A model generated the notes under the pieces. It saw nothing but the letters and a program-made list of their open reading frames with translations, was not told where the DNA came from and ran no database searches. Of a stretch of DNA of 64,000 nt, positions 41,114 through 50,710 are shown in pieces. Within the stretch, counting starts at the first letter, position 1; each line of letters starts with the position of its first letter. The stretch covers positions 160,001 through 224,000 of the forward strand of contig CBDFGR010000001.1 in assembly GCA_965247115.1 (NCBI GenBank), written 5' to 3'. Source of the stretch: Myxococcota bacterium. Its GTDB lineage: Bacteria; Myxococcota_A; UBA9160; SZUA-336. Both the position numbers and the translations under genes were made by a program.

Positions 41114-41174
41114 CCAGACCCCGCCGTCTCCGGCGCCCAAAGAGGCGCCCCCCTCGACTTACCTGGAGCCTCAG

Positions 41175-43859
41175 ATGCGGGCTCCGAAAGCCGAAAAGCC
41201 AGGGGACGTGCGCCTTCGGACTGCTTCAAGACCGGCGCTCAGCGCGCTTGCCGCCGCCTTCCTTGCGGCGGCTCCCCTCGCCCGAGGAGAGACTCCCTCC
41301 CCAGGCCCCGGGACGGCCGGAGGTACCGCCGGGACGCTCGAGGCGCCAGGCCCGTCGCCCCTGGAGACGGGAGCACCGGAGCCCTCCGCCGGCGGGGACA
41401 CCGAGCCTATCGAGCTCGAGCGGGGACCCGGACCGACGCTCCCAGGGAGCCCGCTGCTGACGACGGCGAGCGACTCCGAGCCGACGCTGCCGGAGGCAGC
41501 CGACGCGGAGCCGGACGGCCTTTCCCAGGCGGAGGACGAGGGCCGGGAGCCCGACCCGGCAGCCGAAGCTGCGCCCGCCCAGCTCCAGGACGCGCAGCGT
41601 TCGGCGGCGTCGATGCCGGTAGCGCCTGCAGCACCGCGTCGCCGGCCGGTGGTACCCGACACCTACGACAGCTGGGCGGGCCTGCTCGAGAGCTCACTGC
41701 GCGACGCCGGGGACTCGGTGCCAAGAGGCTGGCGCCCCGGGCTCGCGCAGTTTCGCGTCTGGGCAGCGTCGCTCTCCGGCACCTGGATCGGACTCGCCCT
41801 GGCGACGGCATTCCTGGCGCTTCTCGGAGCGCTGCGCGTGCTGCGTCGGCCGGGTGACCTCATTGTCTGCGTCGAGTACCCGTCGGAGCTGCGCGGCAGC
41901 TTCAGTGTCGAGCTGACCAAGAAGAGGCCCAGCCTCGAGCGCTCGCAGCGTGGCGCGCGCGACACGCGTCACCGGCGCGCATCGACCCCAACCCTGCACT
42001 GCATGGTCGCGCGTGAGACGGAGTTCTCGCGCCTGCGACCGCGAAGCTATTGGATTCGCCTGGAAGGAACGCTGCAGAGCCCGGATGCCGGGGGCAGCGT
42101 AATGCGAGAGCATGTCGACACGCGCTGCATCGACGTGAGACGAGGGGAGACCGTTCGACTCGACTTCGACCTCCGACCTCAGGGCTGTCCGCTCGACGTG
42201 AAGGTGCTGTGGGACGGCAAGCCGGTTCCGGACGCATCTGTCGCGGTCATGGGACTTCCCGAGAGCCTTCGGTATGCGCGCGGGGGAACGGCTCGCCTGG
42301 AGCTGCCCATCGGCAAGCACCGCGTCGCCGCCGGGAGTCGCGACCGGGTGGGAGAGCTCGACGTCGACATCGAGAGTCATGAACACCGGTCTTTCACCAT
42401 CGAGCTCTCCGGTGCCGAGGGCATCGTCTTCAAGGGCTGCCCGCCAGCGATCGAGCCGTACCTGCTCGGCGAGCTCGAGGCAGCCGCACAGGCGCTCGAG
42501 CGAGAGGGTCAGGAGCCGCTCGCGCACACGCTCCTCGCACGTTTCCACGAGCAGAGCGGCGAGGCCGAACGCGCTGCCGACCACTACCAGACCGCGGGTC
42601 TCTACCAGGACGCGGGCCGACTGCGGGCCTCCGTCTCCGACTTCGTGGGCGCGGCGACCCTGTTTCGCCAAGCGGGGGAAGCCGGGAGCCAGGACGAGGC
42701 GATGAGGCTGCTCGAGCAGGTGCAGCCCCACGACTCGGCCTACTTCGATGCCTGCTTGATGCTGGCGGACCTGTTCGAGTGCGCCGGTCAGCTCGACGAG
42801 GCAACAGCGAAGCTCGAGCTCGGCATTACTGGTATCCGAGACGAGGACCGCGCTGCCGAGCTCCGATCGCGCCTCGCCGAGCTGCTCGGGAGAAACGGCG
42901 ACGACGAGCGTTCCCTCGAGGTGCTCCAACAGCTCCAGGAGAGCAAGCCCGACTATCCCAACCTCACCACACGCATCGAGACCCTGCGGAAGAAGCTCTC
43001 CGCCGAGCGGACCTCTGACGATCCAGGAGAGACCGTCGTGGATCCCGTGCGCGTGACGGATTCCGGGAGTCGCTACGACATCCTCGAGCAGATCGGGCGC
43101 GGCGGCATGGGCGTCGTGTTCAAGGCTCGGGACCGCAGGCTCGGTCGTCTCGTGGCCCTCAAGCAGCTGCCCGAGAACCTCCGAGATCACCCCACCGCCG
43201 CTGAGCTCTTTCTCCGCGAAGCACGGGCCGCGGCGGCACTGAACCATCAGAACATCGTCACGCTGTTCGACGCGGACGAGGAGTACGGCAAGTTCTTCAT
43301 CACCATGGAGCTGCTCGAGGGGTCTCCGGTGAACAAGATCCTGCGGGAGAGCGGCCCCGTCAGCGCTCAGGTGTGTGCCCGGCTTGGTCTCCAGATCGCG
43401 GCTGGACTCGAGTACGCGCATGGCCGCGGAATCGTCCATCGCGACATCAAGTCAGGGAACCTGTTCTGGACCAATGACAAGGTCCTCAAGATCATGGACT
43501 TCGGCCTGGCCAAGATGATCGAGGAGGTCCGGCGCTCCACGACCGTGATCGGGGGCACGCCCTACTACATGGCACCCGAGCAGATCAGTGGGAAGGGAGT
43601 GAGTGCACGGGCCGACATCTACGCGCTCGGTGTCACGCTGTTCGAGCTGCTGACGGGCTCCGTCCCCTTTCCCGACGGGGACGTCCCCTACCACCACCGC
43701 CACACGCCGCCGCCGGACCCGCGCTCCCGGTCTGCGAACGTGCCCGCTGCCCTCGCTTCGCTGATCCTCGACATGCTCGAGAAGCAGCCGGAGCTGCGCT
43801 GTGGCAGTGCCGCAGAGGTTGCACAGCGCCTGACACCCCTGGCAGGCGAGCCGAGCTAA
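41175..43859 (+). CDS. Membrane Ser/Thr protein kinase with TPR-like region and C-terminal kinase domain
   Basis: IGRGGMGVV, VALK, HRDIKSGN, DFG, GTPYYMAPE; signal peptide plus TM. Confidence 0.93.
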   Translation: MRAPKAEKPGDVRLRTASRPALSALAAAFLAAAPLARGETPSPGPGTAGGTAGTLEAPGPSPLETGAPEPSAGGDTEPIELERGPGPTLPGSPLLTTASDSEPTLPEAADAEPDGLSQAEDEGREPDPAAEAAPAQLQDAQRSAASMPVAPAAPRRRPVVPDTYDSWAGLLESSLRDAGDSVPRGWRPGLAQFRVWAASLSGTWIGLALATAFLALLGALRVLRRPGDLIVCVEYPSELRGSFSVELTKKRPSLERSQRGARDTRHRRASTPTLHCMVARETEFSRLRPRSYWIRLEGTLQSPDAGGSVMREHVDTRCIDVRRGETVRLDFDLRPQGCPLDVKVLWDGKPVPDASVAVMGLPESLRYARGGTARLELPIGKHRVAAGSRDRVGELDVDIESHEHRSFTIELSGAEGIVFKGCPPAIEPYLLGELEAAAQALEREGQEPLAHTLLARFHEQSGEAERAADHYQTAGLYQDAGRLRASVSDFVGAATLFRQAGEAGSQDEAMRLLEQVQPHDSAYFDACLMLADLFECAGQLDEATAKLELGITGIRDEDRAAELRSRLAELLGRNGDDERSLEVLQQLQESKPDYPNLTTRIETLRKKLSAERTSDDPGETVVDPVRVTDSGSRYDILEQIGRGGMGVVFKARDRRLGRLVALKQLPENLRDHPTAAELFLREARAAAALNHQNIVTLFDADEEYGKFFITMELLEGSPVNKILRESGPVSAQVCARLGLQIAAGLEYAHGRGIVHRDIKSGNLFWTNDKVLKIMDFGLAKMIEEVRRSTTVIGGTPYYMAPEQISGKGVSARADIYALGVTLFELLTGSVPFPDGDVPYHHRHTPPPDPRSRSANVPAALASLILDMLEKQPELRCGSAAEVAQRLTPLAGEPS

Positions 43860-43952
43860 AAGATCGGCTTCTCGATCGGGCCCCATGCACGGGTCGATGC
43901 CAGCATGATGGTTGCAACGAACCGAGTGTTGGTCTCGGCTGTCGCGTCCTGG

Positions 43953-43981
43953 CTAAAGATCCGCGCAGCTGTCACCGAATA
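43953..43981 (+). promoter_or_regulatory. Sigma28-like promoter candidate upstream of the riboswitch/pilX
   Basis: CTAAAG-N15-ACCGAATA. Confidence 0.4.
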
Positions 43982-44063
43982 GGTGCTCATGAGCCGAGGC
44001 TTCAGCGAAGTCGCGGCTCGCTGGGAGAATCACAACCGAGACGGGTGGCGTTACACCGCCCGC

Positions 44064-44160
44064 TCCTCAGGAAAAGGCAAACCGCCGAGAGGCGGTGACG
44101 CAAAGCCAGTGCCCATCCCTTGCGCTGCGCGCGAGGCCGGGTCGAACGGCTGCCAATGGG
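44064..44160 (+). ncRNA. c-di-GMP-I (GEMM) riboswitch
   Basis: AAAGGCAAA-CCGCC-GAGA-GGCGG-TGACGCAAAGCC, then a P3 hairpin, then GGCTGCC; P1 pairing is weak. Confidence 0.78.
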
Positions 44161-44167
44161 GGCAATC

Positions 44168-44710
44168 ATGCTCGCGCCTTGGCAGCCGCACCCGCTGCAA
44201 GTAGAGATCAGGGAACACGTAAGACTCCGAGGCCGCGGTGAGGCGGGGATCGCTCTCCTCATCACCGTAATCCTGCTTCTCCTGCTCTCCGCAATCGGTC
44301 TCGCCGCGCTCCAGAGCGCGCACGGCGAGGCGTCGGCCGGCGGGCGCTCCGCGCGCAAGCTGCGGACCTTCTTCGCCGCCGACGGCGCGTTCAGCCTCGT
44401 CTCGGGGCAGCTCGACCAGGGCAACGCGCAGTACCCCGATACGACCGCGCTCGATGAGACCCAGTTCGTGCAGGGGAGGGCGGGCCTCTACACGAGGGTG
44501 CGGACGGGGACGAGCGACAACGCCGTCCCGCAGGAGATCCGTCTCGTGGGCCGTACCCGTCGCGAAGGCGACCAGCTGAACGTCAATGCAGGCAACACCT
44601 TCTCGTTTGGCATCTACCGGGCAGACGTCGTCGCGACGGATCCCGTAGGGGGACGCGCCGAGCTCCAGGCGCAGTACCGCGTCAGCGAGGGAGCGGACAC
44701 CTACCGATGA
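44168..44710 (+). CDS. PilX-like minor pilin
   Basis: G|IALLITVILLLLLSAIG (no Glu5), FFAADG; coupled to pilY1; start uncertain. Confidence 0.85.
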   Translation: MLAPWQPHPLQVEIREHVRLRGRGEAGIALLITVILLLLLSAIGLAALQSAHGEASAGGRSARKLRTFFAADGAFSLVSGQLDQGNAQYPDTTALDETQFVQGRAGLYTRVRTGTSDNAVPQEIRLVGRTRREGDQLNVNAGNTFSFGIYRADVVATDPVGGRAELQAQYRVSEGADTYR

Positions 44711-47700
44711 AAAGCCTGCTCCTCGCGCTCGTGCTTACCTTGATGCCTGCGCACGCATACGCCCAGTCGGACCTCGACGTCGTCACCAGTGCTGTCCCTC
44801 CAAACGTCATGATCCTGCTCGACAACTCCGGCTCGATGGCACACGCGATGTGGCACGACGACTTCGATCCAAAGCGGTTCCACGACCTGGGTAGCGTAGG
44901 GAGTGAGTGCAACATCGGGGCGGTCCCTGCGATCGACGGCTCGGAGGGACTCTGCCAGGGAAGTGGAGACGCGCTCGATCGCTGCCCGGACAACGGTAAC
45001 CGGCGGCGCTCCGGACAGGACGTGAACTGTGCGAGCAGTGCGATCCCCGGGGGCTGCGCCGCTGCCCCGGTCGGCTGGGACTGCTCCCTGCAAGGGGGCC
45101 GGTATCGCTTCGACCTGCCGGACATCACGAGCGGGGGCAACACCAGCTGGTCGCGGAACTACCTGGGCTGGCTCTTCCAGGAGATCGTCGACGGCAACAC
45201 CCCGACAATCCCGATGGCGGACCGGATCGACACGGCCAGGAACGCGCTGCTGGAGCTGATCGACCTGATCAATCCTCCTGCGATGAGAGAGAACGTCCGC
45301 TTCGGACTCACGAACTTCGCCTCGGGTGGTGATCCCGACGGCGGGGTGATCACCGAGCCGATCGCGAGCGGCAACAGGGCCTCCCTCATCGACGAGGTAG
45401 AAGATATCGAGCCCTCGGGCTGGACGCCGCTGGCCGAGACGCTGGTCGACATCGCCGAGTACATGTCCGGCGACGCGTCCGTGGGCAGCTGCCTGGCTTC
45501 CGGTGCGATCGACCCCTCCAACCCGATGGAGGACGCCGCCTGCCGAAAGAACTTCGTCGTGATCCTGACCGACGGGGAGCCGACAAGGGACGACTTCAGC
45601 AACGGGCCCGGCACGGCAGACTTCGTCTGCGCGATCGGGAACGCGGACGGCGACACCAACGAGGTTCCCGACCCGTACAGCGGTCGCACCGACAGCCCCC
45701 CGTACCAGTCCCTCGGAACCGACTGGCTGGATGACGTGGCCTACCAGATCTACAACAACGATCTCCGGCCCGATCTACCGGGGCCCCAGAACATCGTCAC
45801 CTATACGGTGGGCTTCACGATCGACCACCCCCTGCTTCGCGACACCGCGACGAACAGCATGGCCCAGTACTTTGTCGCGCGAAATGCGGGCGAGCTTGCG
45901 GCAACGCTCCAGGCGGCGCTCCTCGATATCATCGAGCGGTCGACCTCGTTCAGCGCGACGACCGTACCATCGAGCCGCACGGCATTCGGCGACGGCATGT
46001 TCGTCGCCTCGTTCATTTCGAGACAGGGGAACGGATTCTGGGAGGGTCATATCGAGGCCTACCGGCTCTCAGCGGCACTGGAGGTGCTCGACCGGGACGG
46101 GAATCCCGCGATCGATACGGCGGACGTCTTCATCGAGCCGCGAAAGCCGTTCTGGGACGTCTACGAGCGCATGCTCGATCCGAGCCACCCGGCTCGTCAG
46201 ATTCACACGACGCTGGCGGGCGCGCAGACCCGTTTCGACGCAGGAAGCATCAACGCTTCTGAGCTCGCCTTGCAGCCTGCAGAGCTCAACCTGTATCCGA
46301 ACGATCCTGCTGTACCCTTTGCGGATGCGGAGACGCTGGCGGACGCGCTCGTGGACTATCTTTACGGCCAGGACGTCTTCGACGCGGATCGCGATGGGGA
46401 CGCGGTCGAGCGGAGAGAAGCGGTACTCGGAGACGTCTTCCACTCGAATCCGCTCGTGATCGGCTCGCCCCCACCCGGTCTGCGCAACGAGGAGGGCTAC
46501 GGGCCGATCGGCCAGCCGGGCACCTTCCTCGGGCGCTACAGGGACAGGCCGCGGCGCCTCTACGCTGGCGCGAACGACGGGATGCTTCACGCGATCGAGG
46601 CCGGCGACTTCAACCCTGGAGACAACCCGGCGACGCCCGAGCTCGAGAACGACTACTACGACCTGGGCACCGGCAACGAGCACTTCGCCTACATCCCGAG
46701 CTTCCTGCTGGATCGGCTCAAGCTGATCCCCCGCAACTTTCCCCGCACCGAGTACTACGTGGACGGCAGCCCCTCTGCCGCGGATGCGTGGCTCGCCCGC
46801 TCGCTCACCGACACCTCCAAGGATGCCGACGAGTGGACGACTGTCCTGGTGACGGGCATGCGCCAGGGAGGCGACGGGTATCTCGCGCTCGACGTGACCG
46901 ATCCGAGGGCGACCACGGGGGCGCACGGGCCCTACCCGAAGCTGCTCTGGGAGCTTGACGATCCCGCCATCCCGCTGGGCGAGACCTGGTCGGATCCGAT
47001 CATCAGTCGGATCAAGGTCAAGGGAGGGACGGGCTTCGGAGATCACTGTGGCGCGGCGGGCGACGACGGGGACTGTCGCGAGCAGTGGGTCGCGATCTTT
47101 GGCGGAGGGTACCGCTCGCAAGGCGATCCGAACATGCCAACGTACGTCTCGAATCCTGGCGATTCGGCATGGAGCGACGACAGCAAGGCGATCTTCGTCG
47201 TCGATCTCGCGACAGGGCAGATCCTTGCACAGGTGGCCTACGACCCGAGCGATCCGCAGCTGAGCCAGATGACCTACTCGCTGCCGAGCTCGCCCGCCGT
47301 GCTCGACCTCGACTTCGACGGTTTTGCCGATCTCGTCTACATCGGTGACGCGGGCGGACAGCTCTGGAAGTGGGATATCTCGGAGCTGGCGGAGGACGGG
47401 GACAACGATGGCCTCTTCGACAACTGGCCTGCCGGCGTCTTCTTCCGCACTCCTCCAGCTGGCTCTCATCACCGAAGCATCTTCCTGCCGCCGGTGGCCA
47501 CCTTCCTTTCCGGCAAGCTCGTCGTTGCCTTCGGAACCGGAGAGCGAACGGACCTGAACTACCCCGGCGATCCATCGGCCGATGACAACAATCGCTTCTA
47601 CGTGATCCGCGATCCCAATCCAACCGGAGTCGCTTCCATTCCGGGCGCGGCGTACGGGGAATTTGATCTCAGCAACGTCACGGGCTTGCCGTCGGACCCC

Positions 47701-48093
47701 GACCCCACGGACTTCGGCTACTACTTCGTCGCCGACGAGGGCGAGAAGTTCATCACGAACCACGCCGCGTTTGGAGGGGTTCTGATCACGACAAGCTACC
47801 GGCCGGACGACGGGACGGGGGATGTTTGCGATGTGTCGGGGCAAGCCTTTGCGCACATCTTCGATCTGGCCTCTGCGGAGGGCTTTTTCGATCCGGCCAT
47901 CTCGTCCAACCAGGCCCGTCGGATCGCCTCGGGCGTGGGGGTCCCCTCAGATCCGAGAATCACGCTGTCCACCTCGGACGACGGCGGCGTGAAGATCCTG
48001 CTGAAATCTTCCGCGGGCCAGCTCGTCACGATCGACGCTCCCGGTCTGGCGCCGGACCCCGTCGACCTCGTCTACTGGCGCCAGCGATTCTGA
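44707..48093 (+). CDS. pilY1: PilY1/PilC tip adhesin with vWA domain
   Basis: MIDAS DNSGS/T/LTDG; LGDVFHS, YAGANDGMLHA, YYVDGS, DLDFDGFAD Ca-binding motif, YWRQ end. Confidence 0.93.
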   Translation: MKSLLLALVLTLMPAHAYAQSDLDVVTSAVPPNVMILLDNSGSMAHAMWHDDFDPKRFHDLGSVGSECNIGAVPAIDGSEGLCQGSGDALDRCPDNGNRRRSGQDVNCASSAIPGGCAAAPVGWDCSLQGGRYRFDLPDITSGGNTSWSRNYLGWLFQEIVDGNTPTIPMADRIDTARNALLELIDLINPPAMRENVRFGLTNFASGGDPDGGVITEPIASGNRASLIDEVEDIEPSGWTPLAETLVDIAEYMSGDASVGSCLASGAIDPSNPMEDAACRKNFVVILTDGEPTRDDFSNGPGTADFVCAIGNADGDTNEVPDPYSGRTDSPPYQSLGTDWLDDVAYQIYNNDLRPDLPGPQNIVTYTVGFTIDHPLLRDTATNSMAQYFVARNAGELAATLQAALLDIIERSTSFSATTVPSSRTAFGDGMFVASFISRQGNGFWEGHIEAYRLSAALEVLDRDGNPAIDTADVFIEPRKPFWDVYERMLDPSHPARQIHTTLAGAQTRFDAGSINASELALQPAELNLYPNDPAVPFADAETLADALVDYLYGQDVFDADRDGDAVERREAVLGDVFHSNPLVIGSPPPGLRNEEGYGPIGQPGTFLGRYRDRPRRLYAGANDGMLHAIEAGDFNPGDNPATPELENDYYDLGTGNEHFAYIPSFLLDRLKLIPRNFPRTEYYVDGSPSAADAWLARSLTDTSKDADEWTTVLVTGMRQGGDGYLALDVTDPRATTGAHGPYPKLLWELDDPAIPLGETWSDPIISRIKVKGGTGFGDHCGAAGDDGDCREQWVAIFGGGYRSQGDPNMPTYVSNPGDSAWSDDSKAIFVVDLATGQILAQVAYDPSDPQLSQMTYSLPSSPAVLDLDFDGFADLVYIGDAGGQLWKWDISELAEDGDNDGLFDNWPAGVFFRTPPAGSHHRSIFLPPVATFLSGKLVVAFGTGERTDLNYPGDPSADDNNRFYVIRDPNPTGVASIPGAAYGEFDLSNVTGLPSDPDPTDFGYYFVADEGEKFITNHAAFGGVLITTSYRPDDGTGDVCDVSGQAFAHIFDLASAEGFFDPAISSNQARRIASGVGVPSDPRITLSTSDDGGVKILLKSSAGQLVTIDAPGLAPDPVDLVYWRQRF

Positions 48094-48107
48094 GCGAAGG
48101 AGCTGTG

Positions 48108-48395
48108 ATGCGTCTCTGCTGGATACTCACTGCCGCGCTGATGCTGGGTCCGATCTCAGGTGTACTCGCTGCCGAGGACGCCATCGCCGCGAGCGCCGAG
48201 CGCCCGGTCTCCGGACACGTGACGGCCGTCGCGCCTCAGTCCGGGAGGCTCTCGCTCGACGCCACAGTCTTCCACGTGCCCAGCCGCGTCTACGATCTGC
48301 GCAAGCTGTCTGTGGGCACGTACGTGGTGGTCACCTTCAAACGCTCCTACGGAAGACGCGTCGCGACTTCCATCGAGATCGTCGAACCTTCGTGA
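48108..48395 (+). CDS. Small exported beta-rich hypothetical protein
   Basis: AAGGAG SD; signal peptide. Confidence 0.6.
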   Translation: MRLCWILTAALMLGPISGVLAAEDAIAASAERPVSGHVTAVAPQSGRLSLDATVFHVPSRVYDLRKLSVGTYVVVTFKRSYGRRVATSIEIVEPS

Positions 48396-48455
48396 GCCTA
48401 TTGCAGTTGCGGCTCGGGTGTACCATCTCTCTTTGGCGCACCGGAAGGAAAATCG

Positions 48456-49286
48456 GTGAAGAAGCGACTGATTCTGGCCGTGTTCTGCGTGGTTCCCCTT
48501 CTCCTTCTCGGTTGTGGGGGAGAGGAGGGGGGTGGTGAGACCGGCCAGGCGAGCGGCGCCGGGCCGCAGCAGCCCGCGACAGGTGCTGCCACCGACGAAG
48601 GGAAGCCGTGGGACTCCGCGCTGGGTACCGCGACCGTCACGGGGACCGTGCAATTCGTGGGCAAAGCGCCGCGAATGCGGCCCATCGACATGGCGGGCGC
48701 CGACGAGAAATGTGCGGAGCTCCACGGTGGCGAGCGACAACTGCCCGAGACCGTCATCGTCAATGACAACGGAACGCTCCGGAACGTGTTCGTCTGGGTC
48801 AAGACGGGTATCGACGGCTGGAGCTTTCCCATGCCCGAGGCCGACGCCCTGCTGGATCAGAAGGGCTGTACGTACCACCCGCACGTTCTAGGCATGCGCA
48901 CGGGCCAGTCACTCACGGTGAAGACTAGCGATCCTACGGCGCACAATGTCCACGCCTTTGGGAAGGCGAACCGGTCCTTCAACCGCTCGCAGCCGGCGGG
49001 TGCTGACGACATCGCCGTCCGCATGCGCCGGGATGAGGCGAGCCCTCCCATGAAGGTGAAGTGCGACATCCACCCCTGGATGAACTCCTACGTCGCCGTG
49101 GTGAGCCATCCCTACTTTGCGGTGACCGGACCCGACGGCTCGTTTGTGTTGCCGAATCTCCCCCCGGGAACCTACGAGATCGAGGCCTGGCACGAGAGGT
49201 ACGAGACGATCAAGAAAACCGTCACCATCGGCGACAACGAAACCCAGACCCTCGAGTTCACCTACGAAGGCTCCCCGACGTCCTAG
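48456..49286 (+). CDS. Lipoprotein with cupredoxin-like and carboxypeptidase-regulatory-like domains
   Basis: Lipobox LLGC; LDQKGC, HNVH, CDIHPWM, LPPGTYEIEAWHE. Confidence 0.85.
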   Translation: MKKRLILAVFCVVPLLLLGCGGEEGGGETGQASGAGPQQPATGAATDEGKPWDSALGTATVTGTVQFVGKAPRMRPIDMAGADEKCAELHGGERQLPETVIVNDNGTLRNVFVWVKTGIDGWSFPMPEADALLDQKGCTYHPHVLGMRTGQSLTVKTSDPTAHNVHAFGKANRSFNRSQPAGADDIAVRMRRDEASPPMKVKCDIHPWMNSYVAVVSHPYFAVTGPDGSFVLPNLPPGTYEIEAWHERYETIKKTVTIGDNETQTLEFTYEGSPTS

Positions 49287-49301
49287 CGGCGCGGAGACTT
49301 G

Positions 49302-49724
49302 TCAGATCGCCTTGATACCTGCCTCGGCGATCTCGAGGTCGACCTCCTCGGGAGCGCCGCTCACTCCGATCGCCCCGATCACCTTGTCGCCCAGACGCAC
49401 CGGCAGCGCGCCCTTGGCCACCATTATGCGGCCGCCGCGCATGGTGCTCATCGCGCGGAACCAGTTCTCATTCTTTATCCCATCCAGCTGCGCGCCGGTG
49501 GCGGAGAACATCGCCGACGTGTATGCCAGGCCATAGGCGATATCGAAGTTGAAAGCGCCGGAGCCGTCCATGCGGCTGAGTGCGGCGATCTCGCCGGCGG
49601 TGTCAACCACCACGACGGTCACCGCGGACGCGCTCGAGGGAGAGCGAGCGGAGCTTCCGAGCGCCTTGGCCTTCCCGATTGCGGCGTCCACGACCTGTTG
49701 TGCCTGAGCAGCCGTGATAGACAT
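49302..49724 (-). CDS. GlcG/HbpS heme-binding family protein, copy A
   Basis: VVVDTAG..RMDG, IGAIGVSGA...D. Confidence 0.9.
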   Translation of the reverse strand: MSITAAQAQQVVDAAIGKAKALGSSARSPSSASAVTVVVVDTAGEIAALSRMDGSGAFNFDIAYGLAYTSAMFSATGAQLDGIKNENWFRAMSTMRGGRIMVAKGALPVRLGDKVIGAIGVSGAPEEVDLEIAEAGIKAI

Positions 49725-49799
49725 GATGGTCCTCCCGTAGATAGGGACCTAGTAGGCCATCGAATACCGCAGAGGTCAACTGGGAGTTGCCTCTCGCGT

Positions 49800-50476
49800 G
49801 CGTTCGGTCAGTACAGGACGACCGGCTGCGCGGTCGGCGGCAGCTCGAGCCGGATCCCGGCCGCCGCGCTGCGCGCGATGACGTCCCGCATGGCGTCGTC
49901 GAACCCGTTGGCCAGTATGCCCGCCTTGGGTGAGCTCCTCGTGCAGGGGTCGCGTGAAGTCGTCCCAATGGATCGCGAGGATCCGCGCGGGCGCGACCGC
50001 TCCGACGACGTGCGTCCAGTAGCCGCCGCGGTACTCGGCGTCCATTGTGCCGAGACCCCCGATCCCGAGGAACACGACGTCGGCGCTCAGGTCGTCGAGC
50101 GCGTTGTCGAGCTAGCCCGCACTGCCCTGCACCAGAGCGCTCCCGCGCGGGTGCTCGACCAGGATCGAGTAACTCCGAGGCGCTCCAACCACGCCTCGAC
50201 GGTGGCGACGTCCGGCTCGACGAGCGGGTCCCCGCTACCGTCCAGCGCGAGCTCAATCGCGGGCCGGGAGAAGAAGCCGTCAGTCATGAGCGCGGTCTCG
50301 CCGTCGTCGAAAAGCAGCGTTGCGGTGCCGAGGAACGTCGCCGTTACCGCGCCGGGCTCCTTCCCGGCCTCTGTGAAGTAGTCGCGGTAGGCGTCGAGGG
50401 GGTTCTCAGGGCCGCAGGCCAGCAGGGCACTGAGCGACAAGCTCAGGATTACACGGCGAAGCGTCGCAGCAATCAC
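49800..50476 (-). pseudogene. MBL-fold metallo-hydrolase lipoprotein pseudogene
   Basis: FLGTATLLFDDGETALMTDGFFSR and IHWDDF are present; HxHxDH core is missing; frameshift near 50170 and TAG near 50112. Confidence 0.75.
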
Positions 50477-50710
50477 GACCGGAAGCGTGACCGGAGCCGC
50501 ATGAAGTAGGTGCGGCTGTCCATCGACGTCACGTGGCAGTTCTCCAAGACGAGTGTAGACAGGTTGGGCATGGTCGGTCTACTCGCTCGTCTCTATCTTC
50601 TCATCGAGGGGTAGTGCTGAACTGGTGCCTACGAGGCTCGAGAGGCTATGATCGCCGTCATACCGTGCCGTATTCGGCGACCGCCACCCCCCAGAGTTGA
50701 GGAGCAGATC

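Noticed and set aside
44064..44160. c-AMP-GMP-selective riboswitch variant
   Set aside because: The specificity position is G rather than A
24548..47856. Long antisense or alternate-frame ORFs (e.g. 24548-26080, 41694-43439, 46069-47856)
   Set aside because: Shadow ORFs of high-GC genes with no recognisable motifs
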